Below are positions 1-12,755 of a stretch of 64,000 nt of DNA, piece by piece. A program made the position numbers and the translations under genes. The number at the start of each line of letters is the position of its first letter. The stretch's first letter is position 1. The stretch comes from Felis catus. Lineage: Eukaryota. The stretch is from positions 227,480,001-227,544,000 of the forward strand of contig NC_058368.1 of the NCBI RefSeq assembly GCF_018350175.1, read 5' to 3'. Below the pieces are notes generated by a model. It was not told the DNA's origin. It saw only the letters and a list, made by a program, of their open reading frames with translations, and ran no database searches.

Positions 1-71
1 AGATGGAATCCTTTCCTAGTTTCCATAGTATTATATTACTTTGATATTATTTTTATGAAGACTATATTCTT

Positions 72-741
72 TTTTTTAATCTTGTTTTATTTTTTATTTT
101 TTAAAATTTACATCTAAATTAGCATCTAGTGCAACAATGATTTCAGGGGTAGATTCCTTAGTGCCCCTTACCCATTTAGCCCATCCCCCCTCCCCCAACC
201 CCTCCAGCAACCCTCAGTTTGTTCTCCATATTTATGAGTCTCTTCTGTTTTGTCCCCCTCCCTGTTTTCGTATTCTTTTTGTTTCCCTTCCCTTATGTTC
301 ATCTATTTTGTCTCTTAAAGCCCTCATATGAGTGAAGTCATATGACTGTTGTCTTTCTCTGACTGACTAATTTCACTTAGCATAATACCCTCTAGTTCCA
401 TCCACGTAGTTGCAAATGGCCAGATTTCATTCTTTTTGATTGCCGAGTAATACTCCACTGTATATATATACCACGTCTTCTTTATCCATTCATCCATCGA
501 TGGACATTTGGGCTCTTCCCATACTTTGGCTATTGTTGATAGTGCTGCTATAAACATGGGGGTGCGTGTGTCCCTTCGAAACAGCACACCTGTATCCCGT
601 GGATAAATGCCCAGTAGTGCAATTGCTGGGTCGTAGGATAGTTCTAGTTTTAGTTTTTTGAACTAGTTTTTGATAGTTCTAGTTTTAGTTTTTTGAACCT
701 CCATCCTATTTTCCAGAGTGGCTGCACCAGCTTGCATTCTC
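72..741 (-). mobile_element. 5'-truncated young carnivore L1 (L1_Fc-like): ORF2 end, 3'UTR and A-rich tail
   Basis: ORF 324..587 is an L1 ORF2 C-terminus (PMFIAALSTIAK...WMELEGIMLSEISQ); TSD tatgaaga(c/t)tatattctt at 54-71 and 743-760. Confidence 0.92.
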
Positions 742-1327
742 ATATGAAGATTATATTCTTAATGCAACTAATCCCTGTCCCATTTTTTTCTAAGCTAATG
801 ATTTTCCTGAGTTTTGCTTGAAGCCATGTTCGTCTATAAGCGATCCCTGCTGCAGACTCTAGAGTAAAAGTCGGTAGACCTGGTCTGAAAACAGACCGCC
901 ATGTTTGGAGTTGTGAACATGGGCGCTAGTTGGCCTCAGGGGTATCACATCATAAGTAATCTTGAGAAGTGAAGAAACACACGAGAAGAACACAGTAAGC
1001 AGCTGAAGCGAACCAGGTTCGAGAAGCGCGAGACGCAGGAATGTGAGCAACTTGTCACCCATATGAGACAAGCACGATCCGGGGTTGCCAGGAACAGTGA
1101 GGAGAGTTCCTTCGATATCCCCCGGTGGGTGCTCGCTTCGGCAGCACGTGTACAATATTCCCCAGTGGGAAGCATAACCCGGAGGTTTCCTTTTATGTCA
1201 AATGCCAAGAAATAAAGACCCCACCAACTACCTTGTTGACATTAGCGCCCGAGGGGGAATCAAGTTCAGTGCATCATATTAATGGAAGATCACCGGAAAC
1301 AACACCCAACCTGTGAACTTTGGGGTT

Positions 1328-1380
1328 TGGCTCCTGGGCTCCTGGGCTTCTGGGCTCCTGGCCTCTGGGCCCTGGGCTCC
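1328..1380. repeat. Degenerate (CTGGGCTC)n 8-mer tandem repeat
   Basis: about 6-7 imperfect units. Confidence 0.7.
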
Positions 1381-2796
1381 TCCCTGCACGATAGTTGCCA
1401 GAAGCGTCTGGCTGTGAAACCATCAGCACACCACAGGAAATGCAAACAAGCATTCGAAAAACCCAGCGGGACGGGAGATCCCAAACCTACACGCTTAGCA
1501 AGCCGAACGTCCGACATTCGGAGCACGTTCTACCGGACAAATGACTTGACCTGCAATCGGGTCCCAGGCTGCCCACAGAAATCTACCCAACCCGCGGTGG
1601 CCTGGGCCCGGGGCCAGTCACGGGGAAGGGCAAAGGCTACGGTAGTTTTCCTGGTTTCTGCCCCTGGAATTCACACGTTTGAAGAACAGGGTGTTGAATT
1701 AACGGAGAAGGAGGGAACAGGGGGTTTGTTTCTTTCGTTTACATCTCCGAAGACGAATTACAGACCCTGCAAGGAACTAGTAACCGAAGCACTGATTCTT
1801 TGCAATGAAGGCACGTGTGTGAGAGCCTGAGTATGTGAGTGTGTGTATGTGTGGGCGGGGCTTGCTGCACATACACGTGTGTACATACATGAAGTATATC
1901 CAGGCGTCCCGCCGCACCTGGCTGCAGTCAATGCCACCTTCTTCATCCCGCACGTCAAACAACTCACCTGGTCCCTCCTGTGAGAAATGACAAGACAATC
2001 TATTCCAGTTATCGGGAGGGGCCCCCTCCACTCCAGGGTCTTCTGTAGAAACCTAAACTGATGCTGAGAATCACGGGGCTGAGCCTCTGGCGTTTCCACA
2101 AATACTAGCAACGGCGGTAGCACTGACGATGTCTGACCACGTTCTAGAGACTCGCATGTGACGACGTACCTCGCTCCTCGAGCCCTGTCAGGCGGGCAGT
2201 AGCGTCATCCCCGTTTACAGATGGGGAAACTGAGGCGCGAGACTTGTAATAACCGGCAGAGCTTGGTTTCTCATCCACCACCCGGGACTTTCTCACGCCC
2301 CTGGGCCACGCGCGGCCAGGGCAGGTGAGCAGAGGCTCCCCAGCTGCCTGGGTTCGTGATGCGTCTTCCTACATCTACCACCTGTGAGATGTCAGGACGT
2401 GTGTGCGGTGAGGGATGCACCCAAAGCACCCGCTTCCCTGCAAACGCACACACCGTGCTCGTGCGATCACGCCGAGGAAAACGGGAGGGGGTCGCCCGGG
2501 CGGCCGTGGAGCCAGGCCCGGGGCCCCGCTCTCCGCCCCAGGGGACTCACCTCTGTGTGGAGAGTCAGATGGGATGCACGTACCGGGCAAGATGTGTCAG
2601 AGCAGAGGAAGAACCGGCCGAGGGCCTGGGAGCGAACCCACCAGCTGGAGTACAGGACTATGGCGACTGTTGGCTAGAGATGCTTCACCTGCTAAGAATC
2701 GAGGATGCACAAAAACCTAATTTTATAAAGTTTATAAAACACAGGAACTATACTAGATGAAGGCATAGAGGTCCTGCAATGAAATGGGTTTTGCTT

Positions 2797-2799
<3 letters not shown>

Positions 2800-2830
<31 letters not shown>
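2800..2830. repeat. (TA)n microsatellite
   Basis: direct. Confidence 0.95.
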
Positions 2831-2833
<3 letters not shown>

Positions 2834-4224
2834 TGCCAACCGTTCCATATCATCATAACAAATTTCTTCCGAGATGAGGTCGCTATAAGAAACAGGAACT
2901 GGGAAAAGCAAGCCACGAGACTCTCCATTTTCAAAGGACATACAGGAGTAAACTTCCTTACTGCTCATGAATCAGTCAGGACGGTGAAGCCACTTGTCTC
3001 AGCCTCATGGCTGTGAAACCCAACAAAACCCAATGTGTTGGCATACTTATTTATCAATAATTTATAAGTAGTGACTCCATAAAACCATGGGGGGATATCC
3101 GCTCAGAGAGCCGAGCTTTAAAATAGAAGATGTTCCGAAGTGTCGGCGTGTGAAACGGGTGTCAGCCTGGCCCCCGTGCAGGGGGGAGGGGTCCCCGCAA
3201 CCCGCAGGAAGGGGGGGTTTGCCTCCGTCAGGCCAGACTTTGACCGCACCCTTCTCTGGCCCGAGTTCAACCAGGGCTGTGGCTGGATGTGAAAAGATAT
3301 CGGAAGACAAAACGAAAGCAATTTAGCAACAAGTCTGATCTTTCTTCAAGGCAAAGAGGATGGATGGACGGGGAGCACTGTTCCCGGAGCATGTGGGGCA
3401 AGAACAAGAGCGTCGAGTGCATTAGAAGACGCAACAGGGCATGATTACTAGGAGGTGGGGGATTTTCTTACAAGGCCGGCAGGTCCTGTTTCCCAGGGGA
3501 GGGTGAGTCAGCTCAAGCGGGGTTGGAGGACGGGCTGGTGTGCGTCAGGTTCCTTGACAGGTGTTTCCCATAAGTGCAGGCTCACTCAGGTTTGAACTTG
3601 TGATATGGGCTGGGCCACTGGGGCAGCCTCCGCTTTGCGGACCCCTACGAACAAATTCACTCTATTCTGTCTCCCTTGGGAACTTCACTGGGGGAAACGG
3701 CAGGAGAACGAGGCAGTTAGAGGTGGGAACAGAAACGTCTAAAGCCAGCCTGGAGGGTCGGGACAGAACTGATGTGACGTGTGCAGGCATAATGGGGCTG
3801 GAGACAAACGCCCAAGAGAGGTTGGCTGTGGCGTTCCAGGCCCCTCTGGGAGGCTGTCCCGCCCAGTGAGACGGTGGGGTACGTCTGCTCCCGCAGTCCA
3901 GGCGCACAGGACAGAAGAGGCAGAGGTCACCGTGGTTGCCGAACTTCCTGGGACAGCCTGGTGACCAAGATGTGGAGCCTTTGTACTGGCCCCTCCGTCA
4001 TGTCAAGTTGGGCATAGGCCTGGCTGCGGTGGTTACGGTTGTCCTGGGTCTTGCCAGCAGGGGTCACCCTGCTTTCCATCCGGTGATGGGCCCTGTGTCT
4101 GCTTCCTGATGAAAGCAGTTGTCAAGGCCGCGGGCCGTGCTGATGGCGGAGCCCTTGGGAGAAGGTCCCAGGGTCTGGCTTTGAGTTCCAAGCAGTTCCC
4201 ACCTGCCGTCTGTGCGGCAGGGTC

Positions 4225-5057
4225 TGTGATCCTGTGGTTTATGATAAGAAGCATATATTTGGTCTTCCTCCTGTCGCTGACACGAGCTCCTAAAAGCCTG
4301 GGAATTTTCAAAGAGATGAGAACCATATAGGCATCCTTTGTTATGTCAATGAGGTGGCTTTTGGAGGGTCCCTGGGGCACCTAAGGAGGGGGCTGGATGC
4401 CCAAGGAGTCCACCTTCCTTGTGATTTGAATGTTGGAAGCTTCAGTCCCTTCCCTCCTTCCCTCGGGATCGGGGTGGGACCAGAGGTTGAATCAATCGCC
4501 AAGGGCCCATGATGGAATCAACCCATGCCTCCTCCTTCTGGGAAAGAAATCTCCATAAAAACCCTAAAGGACGGTCAGGAGAGTTTATTGGGTTGGTGAA
4601 CCACGTGAAGTTGAAGTCCGGGGAGAGCAGTGACAGAAGCTGCACACCCTTCCCCCACACCTTGCCCGGGGCGTCTCTTCCAGCTGGCTGTTGCTGAATT
4701 GTAACCTTTTATAATAAACCGGTAGTCTAGTAAGTAAGATGTTTCTTTGAGTTTTGTGAGCCGCTCTAGCAAATTAATGGAACCCGAGGGGGGCAGCTGT
4801 TGAAACCTCCAGCCCATAGCCCGTCCCTCAAAAGCACAGGTGATACCCTGGTCTTATGACTGGAGTCCGAAGGCGGGGTCTGGGGGACAGAGGGGGGCCA
4901 ACTTGTAGGACCGAGCCCTCATCCGGCGGGATCTGACATTATTCCCAGGTAGATAGATGGCTTCAGGATTGAGTTGAATTGTAGGACATCCAGCTGGTGT
5001 CCAAGAATCGCTGGGTGGTTCCAGACGCCCCCCCCCGCCACTGGAACTGGGGTTTCA
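4225..5057 (+). mobile_element. Solo LTR, MER21-like (ERVL class)
   Basis: starts TGTGAT..ataagaagcatatatttggtctt..gagctcctaaaa, internal AATAAA, resembles MER21 consensus as remembered. Confidence 0.7.
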
Positions 5058-6025
5058 GGCCCATCCCACGCCTGCTGAGCTGCCCGAGTCCAGATGCCTC
5101 ACACGCCCATGTTCCTTGCACCCCAAAGTGTGCGGCTCATGCAATGCTATGTGGTGCCTTTGCTCAGACTGGCAGGGAACACAGGTTGTGCTCAATACCA
5201 GACGGCCCACGGTGTGGGGCCCGCCTGAGTCTCTTCTGCTCCTCCGTGGGAGGCTCGCAAACTGAATTCCAGAATCCCAACTGCAGCACGGGGGGGGGGG
5301 GGGGGGGCTGATGTGTTCCTTTCTGTTTCAGTTTTAATGTGGTGTGAGGAGGAAGAATTAAGTCTAAATTACAAAGGCCACAAGGAAAGCCCATGGACAT
5401 GTTCCAGGGATCTCCTTAATTAAAAACAGGAAGCATTTTCAAGGATTTTTCAAGAAGCCTTCTCCCAAGTAAAAGCCTGATTTTCAAAACACCTCCTTTG
5501 TTGGAAGAGCTTCCATCAGTGACTAGTGGGCCTGTTCTTGGGAAATGACGCCCCTGCCCTTTTCTCCTCCAGAGCGGGAGCTCCAGAGAGCCTGTGGCTC
5601 GGCCCTGCTGACTTCCCGATTTACCCCTGCCTCAGCCCCATTCAGCCCTGCCAGTGCTGTTCCCCACACAGCCTGGTTATCGCAGGTTCGTGCCCAGTAG
5701 GGGGACTCCTTATCCTGGTTTGTCCTGGACTGAAGGGTCTCCCGGGGTCCGAAAGCGGGAGGTCCCAGGCACCTGGGACAAACTGGCCACCCTAATTTGG
5801 GACTGAGACAGAAAGGACTTTCCCCCATCTGCTCCTGGCCACCCCATTCCCTGGATCCTCCCTTAGGACTTCCTCAGGGACACAGACACCCCTTTTGACG
5901 GAATGATCTCTCAATTCTTGGGCTGTCTTAACTGCGACCAACTTTCCGTGAACTTCTTCCACCGAATGACACCTTGCTGGTCCGTGGACTTCTGGCCAAA
6001 CGAGAACATAAAAGTTCACATTCTC

Positions 6026-6249
6026 GGGGCGCCTGGGTGGCGCAGTCGGTTGAGCGTCCGACTTCAGCCAGGTCACGATCTCGCGGTCCGTGAGTTCGAG
6101 CCCCGCGTCGGGCTCTGGGCTGATGGCTCAGAGCCTGGAGCCTGTTTCCGATCCTGTGTCTCCCTCTCTCTCTGTCCCTTCCCCGTTCATGCTCTGTCTC
6201 TCTCTGTCCCAAAAATAAATAAACGTTGAAAAAAAAAATTAAAAAAAAA
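6026..6249 (+). mobile_element. Can-SINE (SINEC_Fc-type), young
   Basis: tRNA-derived head GGGGCGCCTGGGTGG, CT repeat, A tail; perfect TSD aaagttcacattctc at 6011-6025 and 6250-6264. Confidence 0.95.
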
Positions 6250-7044
6250 AAAGTTCACATTCTCATTTTCTCTATATTTTACAATTCGAAGAGATGAACG
6301 GGATAGCCACGCATGAAGTGTTTTAATGTATTAAGCGCTGGGCTCTCATGATCAGAAAACTTAATTGCAATTTAGCAACAAGTCAACAGAGAAGGTACAC
6401 GGAAAGGGAGGAGCTGGAAAAGCCTTAAGGGAGGAGCTGGGAAGGCCTTGGCTGTGTTTCGGGATGCGAATGTATCTTTTTTCCTACTCCCACGGCCCCC
6501 CTGTCTGTGCATTCTGGTAACGTGTCTCCTGAGAGTCTTGCCTCCGACCAAAGGCCTTGATTTCCTTCCAAGTTGTTGCTGTAATTTATGGATTAAAACT
6601 CTTTCCTCTTGCAGGACATGGTTTGGTGTGCTATGTACAAGTGCTCTGTTGGGTTTATCGTTCAAGACTAACAAGGCCCGGCATGTTTACCTCCCTTGAA
6701 GAAACGTGGCTGGACAGACACAGCACAAAGCCAGGGAGCCCGGAAGGCCGGCCTGACGCAGGGCTGCTTTCCACAAACTTGGACTTTGTTCTCTTCCTAA
6801 GTCCTGCTTCAGGAAGCCCAGCTCTTTATCTCAGGGTTAGCATAAGCTGGGGTGCTTCGTGTCCCTCCCCGCTGACTTTCCATCCTTATCTTGGTCATTT
6901 GAAAGACTCTGCACTGATGAGTGAGAAGTGAGATTTCATCTCAGACACTGTGTTGTTGGTGATAATGGTCTTGAGCAATAGGGCAATCTTAAACACCAGT
7001 GATGTTGCCTTTCACCTACACTGCTCTCTTCTTAGGCTTTAATC

Positions 7045-7566
7045 AACAGACGCAGCCCCGGGGGAATCTTGCTAAAATGCAGATTTTAGATCTGGATGGG
7101 GCCTGACAGTCTTCATTTCTTCTCTCTTTCTCTCTCTTTTTTTTTCCAGGCTGAAATATATTTTACTTAATTCCTTCTTCATTGTAGATCTGCATGGGTG
7201 GAAATTCTAGGCCATGAATGAAATAATGAGAAGTTAGGACGTAATGAGAAGACCTAAGATCGGTCTTCTTTTTGCATATAAGTCTCTTCCATTACTTCTG
7301 TCTCCATAGGTCTGCACGCTTTCATGTGGCAATGAACTGCCCTTGAGCGCTCTGCGATCCGAAATTCTTTTGCAACACGTGCAGTTTTACATTGATCGCT
7401 GAACTTCACACATGCATGTATGCGGCTTGGGCTCGTTCCTTTTGGCTGAAAGAAGGCAAGCGTGGCTGAGCTGATAATCCGGGTGGGAAATGACTTCCCG
7501 CGTTTCTAACCAGCAGCCGGGCGATGCTGATTCTGCTGGCCCAGGGACTACATCTTGAGCGGCGAT
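7045..7566 (+). mobile_element. MER5-type hAT MITE split by an insertion at 7121-7497
   Basis: left half ..aatgcagatt..ggggcctga..catttct; right half tttctaac..gatgctgattctgctggcccagggactaca. Confidence 0.65.
7121..7497 (-). pseudogene. Candidate retrocopy of an unidentified short polyadenylated transcript
   Basis: AGTAAA ~16 nt before an A/GA-rich tail; degenerate TSD; interrupts a MER5. Confidence 0.55.
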
Positions 7567-7866
7567 GAGTCGGGAATGACAGACACCCAGGATTGAGGGG
7601 CCAGGATGACGTCAACAACCAAATTCTTCCTAAGATTCCCGTGGAATTAAACACCCATAACCATTCTTTAGACCACTGATTCTATACCTTGTGAATTTCT
7701 AGAATAGGATTATTATAATTATTATAGGATTAATTATTATTATAATATAATAGGATAATTATTATTATTAATTATTATATTAAATATATAGGCGATTGAA
7801 TAAAAATAACGTTTGAATTCCTTCCCCACATCAGGGGTCTACATACAGTGTCTTGCACTGTGTTTT

Positions 7867-7897
7867 TTACTTATTAAAAAATTTTTTTTGATGTTTA

Positions 7898-7928
<31 letters not shown>

Positions 7929-8082
7929 CAGGGAGTGAGTGGGGTAGGGGCAGAGAGAGACACACACAGAATCCAAAGCAGGCTCCAGGCTCAGAGCTGT
8001 CAGCACAAAGCCCAACGAACTGTGAGATCACGACCTGAGCCGAAGTCTGACGGCCAACCGACTGAGCCACCCAGGTGCCCCC
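7867..8082 (-). mobile_element. Can-SINE
   Basis: reverse-strand head, GA repeat, TSD-like tgcactgt. Confidence 0.9.
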
Positions 8083-8545
8083 TGCACTGTTTTTTTTTTT
8101 TTAATTATTTTAATAATTTATTGATTGATCTTTTTCTGAATCTATGCAGAGAGATGACCCTATTGATCTAATAAATAAATAGTATAGTATTTCCTTGTTT
8201 GAATGTACCTTAATTTATTCAACTGATCCTTTAGTTTGTTTTAGATTTATCTTTAGAAGTTTTTGGAATGCCTTGAATATTAGTATGATTAATGCCCTAA
8301 AAGTGACAGGCCATTCGTGTGCATCTGGCATTGTATGGAACATGTGAGTGTTGGCCTAGTGATAGGGGTCACACAAATCAACACTAATCTAGTCAGTTGG
8401 GCTAAACCATACATTTCCCAAGAGGAAGTTAATGAAAGAGGAATTTAGAAAAAATGTTCTTAAAGTAACAGTGATATCACTTTCTGAATAACCAGCTTAT
8501 AGCTTTAGCTCTGTCTTCACTCACCTACCACTCTCTCCGGCTTCA

Positions 8546-8555
8546 CTTTTCTTTC

Positions 8556-8586
<31 letters not shown>

Positions 8587-8889
8587 CTTTTCTTTTCTTT
8601 TCTTTTCTTTTCTTTTCTTTTCTTTTCTTTTCTTTTTTCTTTTCTTTTTTTTCCTTTTCTTCTTTTCTTTTCAATCTTTTCAAATATTTATTTTGAGAGA
8701 GAGAGAGAGAGAACACGTGCCTGCACGCGCACGCATGGGGGAGGGGCAGAGAGAGAGAGAGGAAAAGAGGGAATCCCAAGCAAGCTCTGCATCACCCACC
8801 GTGGGGCTGGAACCCATGAACCGCGAGATCACAACCTGAGCCAAAATCAAGAGTCGGACGCTTAACCCATTGAGCCACCCAGGCGCCCC
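8546..8889 (-). mobile_element. Can-SINE with (GAAAA)n-expanded tail (8546-8670)
   Basis: reverse head ending caggcgcccc; (TTTTC)n on plus strand. Confidence 0.9.
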
Positions 8890-9119
8890 TCTGGCTTCTT
8901 TTTTTAATAAGAAAGCTCAAGTACCTCTGGCTTTAACATTCTCATGACTCTCTGACCTGGGGGTCCAGCCCAGGCCTTTTTCTTAAGTACTAGCCATTTA
9001 ATTCCAGGATCTTGTCCCAGGCCATCATGGTCTCTGAACTCTGGTACAACCTAGAAACACCAAAGACAACTTAGGCTGCCCTATGGGTTGTCTATATCTG
9101 TGTCAATTACACAGTGTCC

Positions 9120-9480
9120 TGCTTACTGGAGTTTTATAATGGGTCTTGTCATTTGCTCATATAAGTGCTCTAGCTTCTTTGCTCGCCTTCAAGATTGCGT
9201 TGGCTTTTCATGGTCCTTTGTATTTCTATATGAATTTTAGAATCAGCTTCTCACCTTCCACTAAAAGCCCTGCTAAGGCTATATTTGGAGTTGCACTCAA
9301 TCTATAGATGAATTTAAGGAGAACTGACACCTTTACAATATTGAGCCATCCGATCTATGAACATGGTATCTCCCTCCACTGTTTAGTGCTTTTAAACTTT
9401 CTCAACACCATTCTGTAGTTTGCAGTGAAGAGGTCTTAGACAACTCATGTTAGATTTTTCCTAGGTGTTTTATTTTTTGA
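9120..9480 (-). mobile_element. Old L1 ORF2 fragment
   Basis: gaattttagaatcagctt..tctatagatgaatttaaggagaactgacacctttacaatattgag typical of antisense L1. Confidence 0.65.
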
Positions 9481-10398
9481 TATAAAAATATCGTTAGAAA
9501 TAAGCCAGTTTTCTTTTATAAAGGACCTTGGCTTCTACCCCTGGAAGCCTTGCTTTCATGACTTATTTATACTTGTTTTAAAAAAATGATATAACTCAAA
9601 CTAAGCAATAGGTTCCTCATTTTCGGCATATTCACCTGCCCCTGAAACATGAATACTGCGGGGATGCTGGGGAATCATTTACAGAGAAGATAAGGTTTCA
9701 CGATAATCCTCCACAATAGACTATTAGGGTTGACTGAGGAATCAAAGTCCCCAAGGGGGAGAAAGACATAACTGTGGGGAAAAACTCATTTGTGGAAGCC
9801 ACAGTCAGGGCAGAAAGGTATCTGACTAGACCAGCGGACACGCGTGATGGTCAACCACCCTGGCTCTCTCAGCTTCAAATCCCTCTTAGACACGACTCTA
9901 TAGAAACATTCTTAGATTTCCTGCTGTCCACACTTGGGAGCACTTCAGGATGTGAGGTGCCAATGGGTAGTCAGTGGTGTAGAATTAGAAATTCTTGCCT
10001 AGAGCTAGGACTTCAATATCGCTTTGCTCAACATCAAGCCTAGGACCTGTTAATTTCGATCACAGAGCAGAGCTCATAGTCATTTTTGCAAGGTGAAGCC
10101 ATAAAGTTGCCCATTCCCCTGCAGTGAGACCAGGGTAAGTGAGGGGCAGGTGCAGCCAAGCTTCTCACGGATGAAACCTCTTTCCAGGTCTCTAATTTAG
10201 AGACTGAAGCTCTTTGCTTGAGCCCTTTTTCTTATAATTACTTTGCCTATCTTCCAGCTATTTGAATTAAAGGAAATGACTGCTAAGCCCCTTGGCAAAA
10301 GACCAAATGCCATCTAAAGCCAATAGTAGGATAGATTAGTTCTCCTTAATGACATTTAAAAGTGAAGGGCATTGTTTCTTATTAAAATGGTGTGTGGA

Positions 10399-10894
10399 GG
10401 GCACGCCTGAGCGGCTCTGTCCGTTGAGCGTCTGACTCTTGATTTCTACTCAGGTCATGATCCCAAGGTCGTGGGATTGAGACCTGTATTGGGCTCTGTG
10501 CTGGCTGAGTGTGGAGCCTGCCTAAGATTCTCTCCCTCACTCTGCCCCTGTCCCTCGCTCGTGCGTGCACTCTCTCTCTAAAAATAAAACAAAATAAAGT
10601 AAAATAAAATAAAGTAAAATAAAATAAAGTAAAATAAAATAAAGTAAAATAAAGTAAAATAAAATAAAATAAAGTAAAATAAAGTAAAATAAAATAAAAT
10701 AAAGTAAAATAAAATAAAATAAAATAAAGTAAAATAAGATAAAATAAAATAAAGTAAAATAAAATAAAGTAAAATAAAATAAAATAAAGTAAAATAAAGT
10801 AAAGTAAAATAAAATAAAATAAAGTAAAATAAAGTAAAATAAAGTAAAATAAAATAAAATAAAATAAAATAAAATAAAATAAAATAAAATAAAA
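10399..10894 (+). mobile_element. Can-SINE with ~315 bp (TAAAA/TAAAG)n tail
   Basis: head at 10399, pentamer array 10579-10894, TSD aaaatggtgt(g/a)tgga. Confidence 0.92.
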
Positions 10895-11979
10895 TGGTGT
10901 ATGGATCCCACGGCAAAAGATGGTCTTTCCCATTTAGGATTACAGATCTTATCTTTAATTTTTTAACCAGTAAACCTATGTTCTCATTTCTCTGGCACCC
11001 GAGAGATGATAATACAGCTCTAGGAAGAGTCTTCTTTCACACATGGCAAAACTTGAAGCAAAGGTTTAAGAATTTTAGATTAATCGTAGAAGCAAGCAGT
11101 CTTGTACACACAAATAGAGAATTTGAGGTAGCACCCTCGCCAGCAACAACCTGCCCAGTCACTGGGCCCACAGAGTCAACACAGAATGAGCGCTGGAAGC
11201 TGCCCTGACATCTGGCAAATAGTTTGAGGAGGTTTACTCATGGGGTTTGTATTAGGATAAGGATGGCCTGTAATTTTCCACTTCAGCAGAGCACAGCAGG
11301 TCCCAGCGTCTAAGCTGGAATGTGGCCCAAGAGGAATCAGGGGTTATGAATAAAACTTCCTATAGAGGTAGCGGCATTTAGGTAGTGCTGGGCGCTCCAG
11401 GGCACCTGCAGTGGCAGAAACAATCGAGTGCCTAGAATTCCCTTTCCAACCCTCCAGAGGAAGGCGGATACCCGTGCCAACCAGAGGTCTGAACTCAGCC
11501 CGAGGGAGGTTGGCTTCTCTTTCCATTGAGAAAGTCTGTCCTGGCTTTGCAGGGGTGTGGAGCCTGGGGCTGAGAGCAGCGCGTGCCGGCCTGAAGCGGG
11601 GAGGGTACCCTCCAGGCCCTGAGAATGCACACGCCTGGGCTCCGTACTGGGCTCCGGGCTAAGGAGCCTGTTCCTGCCTCGCACTGGCCTCGCAGGGGAA
11701 GAGGTAAGAGGAGAGAAGGTGCCAGAACAGGAGCTGGCTCGGCAGTGAGCGCCCTGAGGCCAGGGGAGGGGCCTCTCCCTGGCTGCTGAATTTAGAAAGA
11801 AGGGTATTCTTGGGGCCCTGGTCCTGGCAGCTTTGTCTCTGGGATGTTCATCAGTCCGGGGAAGACCGTGCCCTGGTGGGCTAGCGAGGTATCATGCCAA
11901 AACATGAGTCCTGGGCCAGCCCTGCCGCCAGCTGGCTGTGGGAAGGTCAAGGCTTTTTTTTTTAATTTTAAAATTATCA

Positions 11980-12680
11980 TTATTTTTTACTTTTTATCTG
12001 AAATAACTATAAACTCACAGAAAGTTGCAAAGACAGTACAAGGAAGTCCCTTCTACCCTTCAGCCAGTTTGGTTCCATTTTAGGTAACCACAGCGTGACA
12101 GCAAATCCAACGAACTGACATGGGTACAATGCACGTGCTTAGTTCTATGCTTTGAAATTGGCTTTTTTCACCCAGCATAATTCTCTTGAGATCCATCCAG
12201 ATTGTTACCTGTATCAACGGTTTGTTACTTTTTATCGTGAAGTGGTACACCGGTGCAGGGTGTACAAGTTTGTTTAGCTGTTCATCTATTGCAGGACATC
12301 GTAGCTGTTTCCGTTTTGGGGTTATTACAAATACAGGCTCTATGAACAACGTGTACAGGTTTGTGTGTGAACGTGAGTTTTCATTTCTCTGGAGGAAATG
12401 CCCCGGAGTTTGATTGCTGGCTTGTGTCTTGAGTTTCTTAAGAAACTGTCAGGGTGTTTTCCAGAATAACTGTATCATTTTATGTGCAAACAGCAACATA
12501 TGAGTGATCAGTTTCTCCACATCCTCGCCAGCATTTGGTGTTGCCACTATTTTGAACTGTGGCTATTGTAATGGGGGTTAGTGATACCTCACCAGGGTCT
12601 TAATTCTCAATTTGCTTTTCCCCGATGACAACTAATGGTGTTAACACATCTTCCATATGCTATTCTCCATCCATGTATCC
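11980..12680 (-). mobile_element. Old L1 (L1M-type) 3' fragment
   Basis: ORF 12080..12349 is a degenerate L1 ORF2 C-terminus (..IWMDLKRIML..). Confidence 0.75.
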
Positions 12681-12755
12681 TCTTTGGTTTTGGATGACAG
12701 CCATCATTTCCGGAAGCCAATGCCTTCATGCTTGCATTAAAAAAAAAAAAAAATC

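Noticed and set aside
1282..1830. 182-aa intergenic ORF
   Set aside because: Contains a tandem repeat; no domain or splice support
5928..6212. ORFs MGQRETEHERG.. (also at 12607) and MAQSVK.. types
   Set aside because: Translations of Can-SINE copies
10382..10933. Three long FYFIL-repeat ORFs
   Set aside because: Translation of the pentanucleotide array
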